DNA of 64,000 nucleotides, from contig OZ360229.1 in NCBI GenBank assembly GCA_977017645.1, positions 42,780,001 to 42,844,000 on the forward strand. The letters run 5' to 3'. Under the pieces are notes generated by a model that saw only the letters and a program-made list of their open reading frames with translations, was not told the DNA's origin and did not search any database. The translations under genes were made by a program, and so were the position numbers. Below, piece after piece: positions 10,885 to 24,066 of the stretch; positions within the stretch are counted from its first letter, which is position 1; each line of letters starts with the position of its first letter. This DNA is from Torpedo marmorata. Lineage: Eukaryota.

Positions 10885-13800
10885 AGGTGTAAAATTAAAC
10901 TTTGAATATTGGAATGTTTGTCCTTGCCTCAATTAAATTACCTCAAACTTCAGAGCATACGTGGCTTGTGGCCTTCCGTGGAAGGAGAGAAGCGAGGGAA
11001 GTTTATACCTTAGAAGTTACACCTTATTCTATAGTTGCAGCAATCATTGAGATACCCATTCAAGACACAAGCTGGCAGGAGTGGACTGGGCAGCATGTTG
11101 ATGCTTGGCATACTTGGTAAGGAAATACAGTGAACAAGTGGCTGGAATTATGATGCTTTTCAAATTAAAATGAATCAATGTTTATGGAAAAGAATATTCT
11201 CTTACTTGAAGGTTTAAATCGCATTTTAAGAATTCATTGTGATCATGCTGACATTGTTCCTGGAGGAGTCCCTTTGTTGCTGTTTTCACTCCTGAATGGG
11301 TGCAGAATGCCTGAGTAAGTCATGCCTTTGCACTATGCAAATGTATTTCTAGCCCCTTTGTTTACACACTTCACAAATGGTGTTCATTCTTAGGTCTTGA
11401 AGTAAAGGCAAGAAAATATTTTGTTAGTCATGCTAGCTAAAGTGATTACCTTTATGTGAAAAATTGTGATTAAATGCTCATTAGTAATAACAAATGATAA
11501 TTTGATACTCTGTGGAGCCACTGTACGCTGCACAAAGAATATTTGCTGTCTTAAAGTACAAAAACGGTTTCCATGTATTTCCTGCGCCGATTGTTCTCAG
11601 CCACATTTAGAACACGAGTGAAAGGCCTGGTATTTCTAAGGGCATTTATGAGTAATGAGCGGGTGTGAAATATAACATTCACGAAAGCACCACAGTGCAT
11701 AATGCAGACAATTGAATGGTCCGGGGCGCATCAGGAGCAGTGCAATGCGTGTGTACTTGCACTGATTCACACGGGCCGCTTCCTGCAGCAAGAGAGACAG
11801 TGACCTCAAATGGCCCATGTGAAGACAGAATAATGAATGGTTGTCAGTGCATGAGTAGCAATTCCGTTCCCACATCCAGTGACGTTGCAACCATCGTGAG
11901 ATAACTTTGGAGACTAAACTTTGTCAGAAAGCTCGTTTACTTTTCCGTTCTTTTACAGTCAGCAACAATTTGTATTTCTGATGAGGTAAGTGGAAGCATC
12001 AGAAGGTACACGTGACAATAATAATAACTCCAAATCTAGGATGGAGCCGAATGAATGTTCGGAAGGTTACTGACATCTCTGAGTGATACAAGAGCATAAC
12101 ATTTACTTATGAGCACATTACCAACAAATGAACCATAAAATGCATTCTACATTGGAAAGATAACGGGACAATGCCCTGTATATCTTTGATAAGAATTCCC
12201 CAGAATGGTCTAAACATTTCAAAGAGAAAACTGGACTTGTGAAAATGTTACTCAATTTATACTGACTAAAACATTTTCCTCATCTATCCCATGTGTCCAT
12301 CCTACTTTACAATAAACGCGCTGTTGCCTTAAGAATATGACAATATTTTTAGAATACTGTGATTTCCAAAATATTATAAAATATTTTAACTAGTAAAAAT
12401 GCATTGTTTAATGGGAAAATAATATAACTTTTTTAAAGTAACTTGGTAATTCAAGCACTTTTTAAAAGAAAGATTAAAAGTGATCCTTTTATAAAGATTG
12501 ACCAGAATGATTACGTTCCATAACATAACTCAATGCAAAGACTAGACTTTGATTCGTGCTTTTATTTTCCAGTTACACAGGCTTTTTTTTTCTCTGAGGT
12601 TAGGCTCCCTTCAATGTGAGCTCTGTGATCCCTTCATCTCCCTCTCCATGGCAACCATCAGCATCCTGGCAAAAACGCACCTCACCCAGACAAGGGCGTA
12701 TTCTTCCCCACCCAGCATCTGGACACTTTTAACAAACTTGCTGCTTGTCCTTCGACCACAACAGGCCTTGCACTTCCGCCTGCTTCAGTTGAAAGTAAAA
12801 TATGAGCTTTTAATGTTTTGTAATTAGGAATATCACAAGTAATGCAGTCAGTTTCAGTGGTAGCGTAAAACTGCATTCTAACTGATAAGATAACCATCAA
12901 GCTACTCAAAATATCAACCATGAATTATCATGTGGTAGGAAATAAAATGACACACTCTAACTAAATAGAGTGTTAATACGATCAACCAACAAAAATAATT
13001 TATTCCCCTTGTACATTAAAAATAGCTGAAATATTTAAATTAATTATTTCATTCTTTATGCAGAAACATTTAAAGTTATATTGGCTAGTGAGGCAATTTG
13101 AGAGAGGTGAAGGAATAAATTAAATTAATCCATCTTCAACACCTATGCCCAAAATTACATCTGAAAATATTATTGCCAAATCTGAGCCTGCTCAACTTGC
13201 CTTAAAGTAAATAAATTAACAAAGTATTCTTTGCTGATCTCTGGTTAGTTCACTAAGTTCTATAAGCAGAAGACCACTTCAGTGAAATTAGGTTGATTTC
13301 AAAACAAATTGCAGCATCATAAAAGGTTTAGCCAGATACAACTTTCGCTTGCTCCATCAAAATGTAAAAACAATATTGGCAGTAGTCATGGTGAATTAGT
13401 CAGTTTTAGCCTCTGTTATTCAAGGAATAGAGCATTGTGGTACATGATGGTGATGGCTGTGATTTTAGTTGATGGTAGTGGCAAAACTATAGCTACCATA
13501 GCATCATGCTTTGCCTGAACTCTGCGGCAAACCAGAAGCAGATTTTTATCTAAGTTACAGACTTTCCAAGACTTCAGGTTTTTGGTGATTAGAAATTATT
13601 TCAACCACTTTTTCTAACATGAAAAGGCATTTTATTTATTCTACTATTTTCAAGCAACAGGTGATCAAATCTTTTTGCAGTTTGTAATGCTGGTTAAAAT
13701 TGATTGATAACATGATCAGATTAGACATGGCATAATTATTATTCCTTTAATTGTTATTTTAAGTCATCAATGAAAAAAAATTTTTTTTAAATTTATTTCA

Positions 13801-15116
13801 ATTAATTAAACACCAGTTCTGAGGGTTTTACGTTGCAGTAGTTCCATAAAACAGGACATAACAAGTCCTTTGAGACAATTAGGGTGAGCCCCCTTTAAGA
13901 CAAATTCTGAGAGACAGGAACAAACACACTTTCCCTTTGCATGCCTGAGAAATTTGCTAAATGGTGTCTGTTTTTTAGACCTCATTGCTGGTTTTCCAAT
14001 GGCTCAATGAATTTGACTGTTAGGGAGATGACTGGAAGACCTTGATTTAATCCCAAATCTATGAAGTTAGCTAATATGTGGGTGATAACAAGAGAGTTTC
14101 AATAAAGAAAAGAACTGTATTCAGCTGTGAGGAGTACAATGGTAAAGAACCCAGCAACACTTACTGTTGTTACACTTACTGTACAACCTAGCTTACAATT
14201 ATAATAGTAATTTAACCAAGATATCAGGAAGAAATCAATCTCAAGCCACCTGTACTTCAAAGCATAATTCATGGTGGGGGAAAATAAAACCCTATTGACC
14301 AGTGAATAAAAGCTTGATGCAGAGATAGAGGTGCCATTTTTGATCTGAGTTTGTGACTTTTATAATGTGAACCTGACCAACGTAAGCAAACCTGGAGCTT
14401 TGCATGAATCAATATCAAACATCACTGTCAGCAGAAATGCAATTTATATGATATGTATACTTCTGCATTAAAATCATCTGAGACTTATTTCTTCTATCTT
14501 GTTCACATAGATTGAAACTGAGTTAACTTAGTTCCCTGCAATTGGTTCTACCACAATTTTAGGGTTTTTCTCCTCCATTTCCATTTGATTACCTCATCCC
14601 AATCCATGGATATATTACAGGATGCATAAATATTTCTATTAATAATACAGCTGTTTGTCACTGACTGTTGCAATGCTCAACTATAGTCATCGCCTCGTAT
14701 TGTATATAGCATTGGAGAGACTGGTGACCTCACTTTAGGGAAAAAAAATAATGCAAACATAAAATAAGATTCCATCAGAATAGAAAACTTTAAAGGTCTC
14801 AGATAATCACCCCATTTATGAAGATTGATTTCTATACTCCATACAGTAACTAAATTAGTATAGAATTATGTTATTTCAATTAGCATTCTCCTAAAAGATG
14901 TCTCAAGGACTCTGAAGTCCAACACCATCTTACTTTGATGTTAGGTTTACCAATTATCACAATTGAGAAGAAATGCAAGTTTGTACAGCAGCAGAGTGCA
15001 CCCAATCCAGTCAGAAGGAGCAAAAAATATCTACATGTGAGAACCTCCGCTCTCAAGAGTCATTAAAAGTGAGGTCCTGGGAACCATAAAAGACCGAAGA
15101 GTTTACCTCCTTGATA

Positions 15117-16182
15117 CAGAGAGTAGTGGTGGAAAATTGTTTGTCAAATTGGAGGCCGGTGACTAGTGGAGTGCCTCAGGGATCGGTACTGGGTCCATTG
15201 TTGTTTGTCATATAATTAATGATCTAGATGATAGGGTGGTAAATTGGATTAGTAAGTATGCAGATGATACGAAGATTGGTGGTGTTGTGGACAGTGAAGA
15301 GGGATATCAAAGCTTGCAGGGGGATATAGGACAGTTAGAAGAGTGGGCGGAAACATGGCAGATGGAGTTTAATACTGATAAATGTGAGGTGTTACATTTT
15401 GGTAGGACTAATCAGCAAAGGTCATACATGTTAAATGGAAGACAATTGAGGAGTGCAGTAGAACAGAGGGATTTAGGAATTATGGTACATAATTCCCTGA
15501 AAGTTGAGTCACACATAGATGAAGAAAGCATTTGGTATGTTGGCCTTCATAAATCAGAGTATTGAATATAGGAGTTGGGATGTCATGTTGAAGTTGTATA
15601 AGGCAGTGGTGAGGCCAAATTTGGAATATTGTGCGCAGTTTTGGTCGCCAAATTATAGGAAGGATATAAACAGAATAGAGAGAGTGCAGAGGAGATTTAC
15701 AAGAATGTTGCCTGGGTTTCTGGGTTTGAGTTACAGGGAAAGGTTGAACAGGCTGGGACTTTATTCCCTGGAGCGTAGAAGGTTGAGGGGTGATTTGATA
15801 GAGGTATTTAAAATTATGAAGGGGACAGATAGAGTCAATGTGGACAGACTTTTTTCCATTGAGAGTGGGGAAGATTCAAAGAAGAGGGAATGGATTGAGA
15901 TTGAAGGGGAAAAAGTTTAGAGGAAACCTGAGGGGGAATTTCTTTACTCAGAGGGTGGTGGGAGGGTGGAACGAGCTTCCGGCCGAAGTGGTAGATGCAG
16001 GTTCAATTTTAATGTTTAAGGAAAAGTTGGATAGGTATATGGACGAGAGAGGTGTGGAGGGTTATGGGCTGGGTGCGGGTCAGTGGGACTAGGTGGGAGA
16101 ATGTGTTCGGCATGGACTCGAAGGGCCAAATTGGCCTGTTTCTGTGCTGTAAGAGTTATATGGTTATATGGTTATATGGTTA
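15117..16182 (+). mobile_element. 5'-truncated CR1 LINE
   Basis: gtgactagtggagtgcctcagggatcg (VTSGVPQGS), SKYADDTKIGG, LYKAVVRPNLEYC, FFTQRVV; (GGTTATAT)n octamer tail at 16155-16182. Confidence 0.9.
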
Positions 16183-17094
16183 CACAATGGTATAGTAAAT
16201 GTAGTAATTGCTGGCCACTAATGGCACCATCATGTTAAAGGGAATTTTACTGCGCATTGGTGACATATTATGGGAAATGGAACAATGGAAAGTAATAGTG
16301 ATTACAGCAATATCCTCCTTAAAGGATTTGGAAATGAATAAAGATCATAAATCGGACTTTTTAATTCTACACGGAACAGTTTAGGATTAAAATGCTCCCA
16401 TTCCACTTTATCTGTAGAAAATGCTCTAACCGTCTTCTGGTATTTGTTTAATATTAATAATTTATCTTTTGCTTAGATATTGATTTCAGCCACTAGTCTG
16501 TTAACTGTTTGTGTGTTCCATATGACTAATGCATTCAATCCTTTTGTTAAAGCATTGAAAAGCAACACTGCTGAACAGAACATGGGGAAGCTGTTATATG
16601 TGAAATGTAACACATACCAAGGATTTGTTGCAACGGAGTTCAGTGGGGGAATTCAGATATCACAAATCTGAAATAGGAAACTTGAATAGTTCTGGTGATT
16701 TGTCCTGAGTCCCAATATTTAGGCTTTGTCTGTGTGCTTCTCTTTTATATTTGCTGGGCTTTTTTTATTGAGTGGTAGAATTCCGTGTCATCCATAAGGG
16801 GGATGTGGCCTTTGTAATTAACAGCTTGCTAATAAAATCAGAGAGATGTATAGTTGCAACATTTATGATTCTCGAGAAGTTGATTTTGTCCCCAGGTTAT
16901 TAGTTGCTAATTAAAATAGGCAGGCTTCTGCTTTTCATTTGGAGACGAATTTGTATCCACGTTTAATATTTCATTGCCACCGCACTAATCCTCTATCCGC
17001 GAACTTAATGACAGAATGTGATCGTGGGTTAAATGGGGGTGGGCAGAACCCAAAGCCACCTTGAATATAAAATGTGTAATGCTTCGATTGCTGA

Positions 17095-17275
17095 AAGATA
17101 TGAGCTACTGGGATACCTCAGCGGGTCAGCCAGCATCCATTAGCAGAAATGGCCAGTCAATATTTCGGGTCCGCAGAAATGATGGACATTTCTACCCACG
17201 GATTCTGCCTTACCCGCTGAGTTCCTCCGGCAACTCATTGTTGGCTCAAGGTTCCAGCATCCTCAGTGTTTGTGT
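17095..17275. mobile_element. Old Penelope pLTR-derived inverted remnant
   Basis: cctcagcgggtcagccagcatcc ... ggattctgccttacccgctgag form an imperfect inverted pair, related to the 498-744 and 59035-59146 repeats. Confidence 0.5.
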
Positions 17276-17647
17276 TACTTTACTGAGGGATATTATGAAC
17301 TTGCCCAGATAACGTGGCTTACGTTTTGTATTTATGTGCTGTCTTTTCACAACAAATCCTTTCAAAGAGTTTCACACCGTGTTTCGAAGTGCAGAAACGT
17401 GTGAGTACTGTTATGGTGTGACATTATCATATTATATGATATTATCATAGTGTGTTTCTTTATAGTATGAGTACGATTCTTTTCAGACGCTTGGGTTTTA
17501 AAATTTAACCTCACAGCCTGCCGAAAGTTATTTGTATACTGGAAAAGACAACAGCAAACTCACAAATAAAAGTGAATCTGACAGCCCTTATTGCCCTGCC
17601 ACTCCCTCAGCACTTACATTCCCTGCATTTTAACTGTGACCGCATTT

Positions 17648-17727
17648 CCAGAGCACGTAATTGTAAAGCGATTTGGGGCGACCTGAGGCCATGCAAGTCG
17701 CCATATAAATGCAAATCTTTTTTTTTC
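17648..17727 (+). mobile_element. 3' tail of Deu-domain SINE or its partner LINE
   Basis: tgtaaagcgatttggggcgacctgaggccatgcaagtcgccatataaatgcaaatc resembles the SacSINE1/AmnSINE1-type tail. Confidence 0.5.
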
Positions 17728-19469
17728 CACACCGCTGCGCGTCCACTGGGCTCACTTCAGATCACGCTCTTCCCTGCACGATGTGCGTTTGATGCTGAGG
17801 GAGTACCCTCATGCGAAGTTTGGGCATAATTTTGCGCTGTTAAGTTTAGAACCAACGATATCAGTTATCACAGCACTTCCAACAACAGTTGTACTTTCCC
17901 ACCCTTCCCGGTTATAAGGCTGCTCAGTCCTTGAATTTCAAAAGGTGTTCTACATCCCCGAATTCCAGTTATTTTTCAAGTCAGCGGCAGGGCACCATCG
18001 AGACAGAAATATAACCGTACTTTACAAAGGATTGATGTTAATGTACATTTGAACCATTGATTTGATCATTCACCTGGCCTGAAATGAAACTCCCACCCAC
18101 CGTTCTGGCGATCACACTTGATTTTCTTAACCTCTCACACCAAAATCTATGACACGTGTGTCTCGCTAGCCCCATTTGTACATCACACTTTTATTGCGAT
18201 CTGTAAATGAGCGAAAGGCGCGTTAATCGATGCGAATAAAAAAAGATATAGATTGAGGTCAGAAAGCCACGGCAGTACCAGAAAGCGAGCCTTAGAATAA
18301 ACAATAACAAACGTACAGTCTATACAGAACTATTCAAATATAGTTCGCTCAACAGAAACTATTATATTTACGAAAACCGTACAGCGATAGCATAAAGTGG
18401 ACATCTGCAAATCTCTCATTCAAAACTTGACAAAATATCAGCGGCTAGTTGAACAAAAACTTAGCTGAAGTTTTAAAGGGAGAGAAACTATTATTTCCTA
18501 ATAAGTGTCAATCAAATTCCAGCCCGTGAAGTGTGCAAACTTACCATCTTCCCCAAGCGCTCTGCATCGTAATGAGAGTCCACTGTGTGAAGAGAACTTG
18601 CAAACCAAATAAACGCACTAAATAAGAGGGATAGAAGCATCCACGGTGAGATTTGCGGCACTAATGGGAATTAAGGGCGATGTAAACGTGTATGTGGGTC
18701 TAGAGTTATGGTGTCTTGCAAAGTACGATCTAACATTAAAATGCCCTAAATTAACATGAAAGGACGTGCTTGTGTTTATAAGAGACTTCCCCTGCAGCGG
18801 GGAGACCTGTGTTGAATGCTATTCTGCAATTCATAGAATTGGTAATTTGCTGTGGGGCGAAAAAAAAAGACGTGAAGAGAAAAATAATCAAGCAGGGCGA
18901 AAGCGAGAAGTGGGCTCCCCTGCGCGTGTGGAGAAATGGGTATTAACCATAACAACAAACAAATTAGAAACTTCTCTTTCAGTTATCTCGATAAATTATT
19001 CTAGCTATAAACCACGTCTAATCATCTCGATTCTGATGGTTATACACGGTGATGTCTGAACAAATAAGTCATAATTTTCATAATCCTTCTTTGTTGGTAT
19101 GATAATGGCATGCGTAACTCTCTGGTTTGTACAGAACTCCTTTATTTTGCGACTCGAGTTCCCTGTAAGAATCGTTCGCTTCTACTTCACCAAACCAGCA
19201 AGAAGAATGGACAAAACAAAGCGAAAAGCAATATTAAAGGTGGGTGTGTTGTGAACGATCTCGCAGTCGTGGGTCTCGCACTGAGAACACTTGCTGGCGG
19301 GAGTTGAAACAAATGCAGGATATCTTCGTTGAGATAATTTGTATTATCTCTGAGCAATGCCCAGCCATTTTCACACTCTTTTATTGTTACTTTTTTTTGT
19401 TAAATGGGGATCGCTGTGAGATTAGTTTCCCCACGTGGTAACAAATTGCAAGAAACCAGAAAACAGTGA

Positions 19470-19711
19470 CCAATCAAATGCCGACAGACGGGATCCGAAG
19501 CCGTAACTCATCGTTGATTGGCCAATCGGCATCTTCATCTTGGACCAAACTCCTGCCAATCAGCGGGAGCTCTCCAATCGAAACCAAGTGTTGGTGAAGG
19601 CTCCCCCCCCTGACCAATGAGATGGGACTGTCTGCTGACAAGAGAGGCAAGCGGCCAATCAGCAACGAGTCAAGCGGTGAATTGGCTGTCAGTCAGACGG
19701 TTTGAGCCAAT
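19470..19711 (+). promoter_or_regulatory. pou3f1 proximal promoter, CCAAT-box cluster
   Basis: CCAAT at 19470, 19522, 19556, 19574, 19614, 19655, 19707 and ATTGG at 19517, 19681; no obvious TATA; locally CpG-rich. Confidence 0.75.
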
Positions 19712-19822
19712 TGAGCAGGCAGGCGTGTTGTGCGATCCTTGCCCCCCTCCTGCTGCTACAGACTTGGCTCCGCTAAAGCCGTGCAAAGTAGCTGCAACCT
19801 GATCAGTTTGGAAGTGCGAGTC

Positions 19823-20953
19823 ATGGCCACCACAGCTTCGGCTCACTACATTCCGAGGAATAACTCGCTCCATTCTAACTCTTTGGTGCATCCGGACTCT
19901 GACAGGATGCATCCAGGAACAACCTACAGAGAAGTTCAGAAAATGGTGCAAAATGACTACTTGCATGGACTGGCTACCAATGGGCATCCCATCACGCACA
20001 GCCACCAGTGGCTGTCTTCAGTCACAGACGGGGCACCATGGGTCACCGCTTCTCACCTCGGACAGCCGGACCCAGCAAAGGCCAGTGTGCAGACAGCCAG
20101 GGATGACCTTGGGAACAGCATTCATCACAGGACACATCATATGGTCCATCAACAGAGTCATGGCAACCATCCTGGCGGAGCCTGGGGGCCGGCAGCACAT
20201 CACATCCCGGGAATGTCACCTTCGACCAATGGGCATCAACCCCTCATCTACTCGCAGCCAGGATTCACCAGCCTCAACAGCATGCTGAGTCCACCCAACC
20301 AGTCTTTACACCATGGGATGACGGATGCTCTGCATGAAGATCCAGGTGACCATGGCAACCACCAGCAGCATCCTCCTGCACATCACCAGGACCACTCGGA
20401 TGAAGATGCGCCCACGTCAGATGACCTGGAGCACTTTGCAAAGCAGTTCAAACAAAGGAGGATCAAGCTCGGCTTCACCCAGGCGGATGTAGGCTTGGCC
20501 CTGGGCACTCTGTACGGCAACGTCTTCTCCCAGACGACCATCTGCAGGTTTGAAGCCTTGCAACTCAGCTTCAAAAACATGTGCAAACTGAAGCCCCTCT
20601 TGAACAAGTGGCTGGAGGAGACTGACTCAACCTCAGGGAGCCCCACCAGCATAGACAAGATCGCAGCCCAAGGGAGAAAGAGGAAGAAGCGGACGTCCAT
20701 TGAGATAGGAGTGAAGGGGGCTTTGGAGAACCATTTCTTAAAGTGCCCCAAGCCATCGGCTCATGAGATCACCAGCTTGGCTGACAGTCTGCAGTTGGAG
20801 AAAGAAGTGGTCAGAGTTTGGTTTTGTAACAGAAGACAAAAAGAAAAGCGGATGACCCCGGCCGGAATCCCCGGCCACCCAGGGATGGAGGATGTATTTT
20901 CACAAAGGGACACTCCGCCGCTTCATCACACACTGCAGTCCCCTGTTCAATGA
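19823..20953 (+). CDS. pou3f1: POU domain class 3 transcription factor 1 (Oct6/SCIP), intronless, 376 aa
   Basis: ATG in gtcATGg context. N-terminus [13 protein letters not shown]...[15 protein letters not shown] is typical of POU3F1. POU-specific domain ([20 protein letters not shown]...[11 protein letters not shown]) and homeodomain (RKRKKRTSI...[14 protein letters not shown]), with POU3F1-type residues ETDS, GVKGAL, AHEIT. Confidence 0.95.
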   Translation: MATTASAHYIPRNNSLHSNSLVHPDSDRMHPGTTYREVQKMVQNDYLHGLATNGHPITHSHQWLSSVTDGAPWVTASHLGQPDPAKASVQTARDDLGNSIHHRTHHMVHQQSHGNHPGGAWGPAAHHIPGMSPSTNGHQPLIYSQPGFTSLNSMLSPPNQSLHHGMTDALHEDPGDHGNHQQHPPAHHQDHSDEDAPTSDDLEHFAKQFKQRRIKLGFTQADVGLALGTLYGNVFSQTTICRFEALQLSFKNMCKLKPLLNKWLEETDSTSGSPTSIDKIAAQGRKRKKRTSIEIGVKGALENHFLKCPKPSAHEITSLADSLQLEKEVVRVWFCNRRQKEKRMTPAGIPGHPGMEDVFSQRDTPPLHHTLQSPVQ

Positions 20954-23836
20954 CTGTTCCAAACACACACCCACTTCCCACCAAGAAAAAAAGACTAAAA
21001 AAAATTAAACTGGATTTTACAAAGCAAAAAAAAAACTCTGAAAAAGGGATCTAGCCAGTGCTGCAGAGACTGTTTATTTAGCACTGGACTGTACTCATAA
21101 TTAGGAAAGAGGGAAGCTCATTCATTTCATGCATTTCTTGTGGTAAATCAAGTGGTTATTTCCCCCTGCTGTAGAACAAAGCTTCCTCCCTACCCCCTTC
21201 CCGTAATTAATTGACACGGATAATTTGCAAAAGTTGTAACAAAAAAAATAATCGTTTTCTCTGCTGAATTGTTTCAGGGGATCCATAAGGCAGCGGTTTC
21301 TCTCAAAGGGTAAGCAAGAGTTTAAACAAAAAGTAAAGACCGTCATCGAATTGTCGGCATACAGTCGCTGGTTTGTTAAATGACGCAGGCACCGGTGGGG
21401 GAAAAACGTACATTTATTATCTTGAACAAATCTGTCATGAATTTTATTAAAACAAATATTTATATGTAGTTCGCCCTCAGATGATGTGTCTTGTAAATTA
21501 TGGACGCAAGCGGATCAATTGTTTTGACTTTTATTTCTGTGATTTTAAATAAATATTCAAATCGATTCATTGAGATAATGGTTTTGGCATCCCAGATAAA
21601 TCAATGTCTTAGAAACACCAGTTATTGTTTAAAACAAACCCTGATTTTGACTGTGCAATTACTTGCGAAATTTGCCCAAAAATTGTGAAATGGTTGAAAA
21701 CTGAAAGGGAACAGTCAAGAAGATTGAAGTTTGGAATCCATGCAAACGCTCCTTGCCGATTCTGTTTCAAAAATAAAATGAGGCAAGTTAAGACAAGTTT
21801 GAGAAATCAAGGAAACTGACGTCAGTCAACAACTTCTTAAAAGGTGTCTTTAAATGTTAGGACGAGGCGGAAACACGTGAGTGAAAATAATTGGAGTTGA
21901 AATGGTCCATTGCTGGACACCCGTTTAAGTTTCAATGTGGAAAAGCGAAGGAAATTGAAAGGAGAAGCGTTTTGACTCGAAATGCACTTAACTGGGTGAA
22001 CTGCTAATGCGTTGTACATTCATTTCGTTTGCTAGGTTTTGTTGCAACAATAATTGTTGATTGTTCTGTAAATGCAAAATGATTAATATGGCAAACAAGT
22101 ATATGTGACAGTGTACAAGTTACATTTTACCTCCCTACTCTCAAAACTTAACCGGACGCGAATAATCCTCTCGTCTCCGACCTCCCGCCCCCGAAAAAAA
22201 GCAACTCAGGAATTAAGGGACAGATTAACAAACAAAACGCCTCACTCTCTGAGACGCGTTTTTTTAAATTTTCTCTCCAGATATTTGAGCAGGAAAAATA
22301 TAACGATGAGAAATTGCAATTGTTCTAAGTAACAACTTTGCGATTAATTTGCTATTTAATGTAGAGGATAAATAATGCTGGGGTTGTCCTTCCAAACAGT
22401 ACTGTTTTATTTTCATTTAAATTTATTCCAGGTAATTGACGTTATATTTTTTTCATCAGCATCTTGTATATTTCCTCTGAAAATAAATCACATAGAAAAT
22501 TGCCAAATTAAAGTGTACATTATACGTGTTAGAATGTTTACAAATCATCTGAAGAAAGGTAAAGAAGTTAAACATGGTGAGTTAAACATTACTTAGGGCG
22601 TAAAGCAGCGAAAAGGTGGCTTGTTTACTAATTGGAAAAATAATAATTGCTTTTTTTACTGTACCACTATGTAATATGTAAATATGTTGAATATATTGCA
22701 TATGTATTTGTTTTTGGAATTTAATGATTTTCTGGATGATTTTTTTGTATGCTTACTAATTCCCAGAGAATATTTTAATATAATTTCCATATGAATTTCC
22801 CCCTTGTATTTATTTCATAAACACGTCTTTGAAACTTTCTTTTTCCTGTAGCTCTCATTGGGGTTATGTTCCAGTAATTCAAACTATGTTTGTTTTAGTA
22901 TATTTTTGTTGTATCTTATAAAAGACAGGATGCAGAGTCATATTAATATTTTGTTATAGTAATATTTTATTACTTGCATAAAATGTATAAGCAGGACCCA
23001 CCTGTGCCCTGCCTCTTTTCTAGGAGAATAGGGACGTGTTGACACCATGCTGGGTTTTGCTTGTTAATCCTTTCTGCTGTTGCCTGGATTAAATGTCACT
23101 TTAGCAAAAAAAGTGACAAGAAATCATTAAAAGTGATGTAAGGTCAAACTAAAATTCTTGAATTTTAATAGTTGCCTGGTTTGTCAATTTTATTTCTTTA
23201 TTTTGTACATTCTGAGCACATTTGAGCAATGCCCTCCATATCGCTTTGCATGTCCTTGTTAAAATTCAGAAGAGAAAATTATTTTTCCCAAAAAGTTTTT
23301 ATTAATGAGCTGGTGATGAATGAAAATGCATGTTTATCACTGTTTTTAGGAAACCATGGACAATTACAACATTGGGCAAGGTGAAGTAGCTAAACAGCCA
23401 CTGAGAACTTTTTCCTTTAAAATAACAGGGCACCCTTAAATTTGTTTTGCTATAACATTGTAGGTGTATGTATTTAGTATTTATTTTAATCCTTGCTTTG
23501 CAGTATCAGCTGTAACAATTATAAGGTCCAAACTTGAGAGGTGTAGCTATGTAAGAATTAGCAAGAAATATCGGTCCTGAGGAATCTTCTGTTACGTGAA
23601 GTGGCCATTTCCATATTGCAAATATTATAGCATGTTTTAATAATCTCATCAACAAATTTATGAATTTGTTTTGAATACAATTTTACTCTGGTATTGCCTG
23701 TTTCTGAAGTCCTAGAATCGGTCAGCTATCTCAACAGGCCCATGATTCCTGTTTGGTGCTTACTAACCAAATTGGAACCACACATAGCTTTTGTTCTAAC
23801 CGTCAGTGAAGTTTTTTTCACCTGGCCAACATCAGT

Positions 23837-24066
23837 GAAGGTAAAGGTTCCATTATTGTCACGTAATACTACATTTAGAATGTAACATGCATGAAATTCT
23901 TTAATTTGTCTACCGTAAGGCAGACAGAGGGTTGCTACTTTGTCCAGCGCCCCTCACAGAAACCTACAGCACCTGGTGTTCCTTGGCGGTCTCCCCTCCA
24001 AGTACTGACCAGTCCTGTGCCTGCTTAGCTTCCGAGATCAGACAATCCCAGTCGTATTCAGGCATA
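23837..24066 (-). mobile_element. 5S rRNA-derived SINE (SINE3-like)
   Basis: - strand 24063-23961 reads cctgaa...gtctgatctcggaagctaagcagg...agtacttggaggggagaccgcc...ggtgctgtaggtt (5S with boxes A and C), followed by a unique body and a LINE-like tail (gacaataatggaacctttacctt). Confidence 0.8.

Noticed and set aside
19823-20953. Assignment as pou3f2, pou3f3 or pou3f4
   Set aside because: The N-terminal [14 protein letters not shown] and the ETDS, GVKGAL and AHEIT residues fit POU3F1.
23961-24063. Functional 5S rRNA gene
   Set aside because: 5' end missing, many substitutions, single copy, and attached to a SINE-like body.
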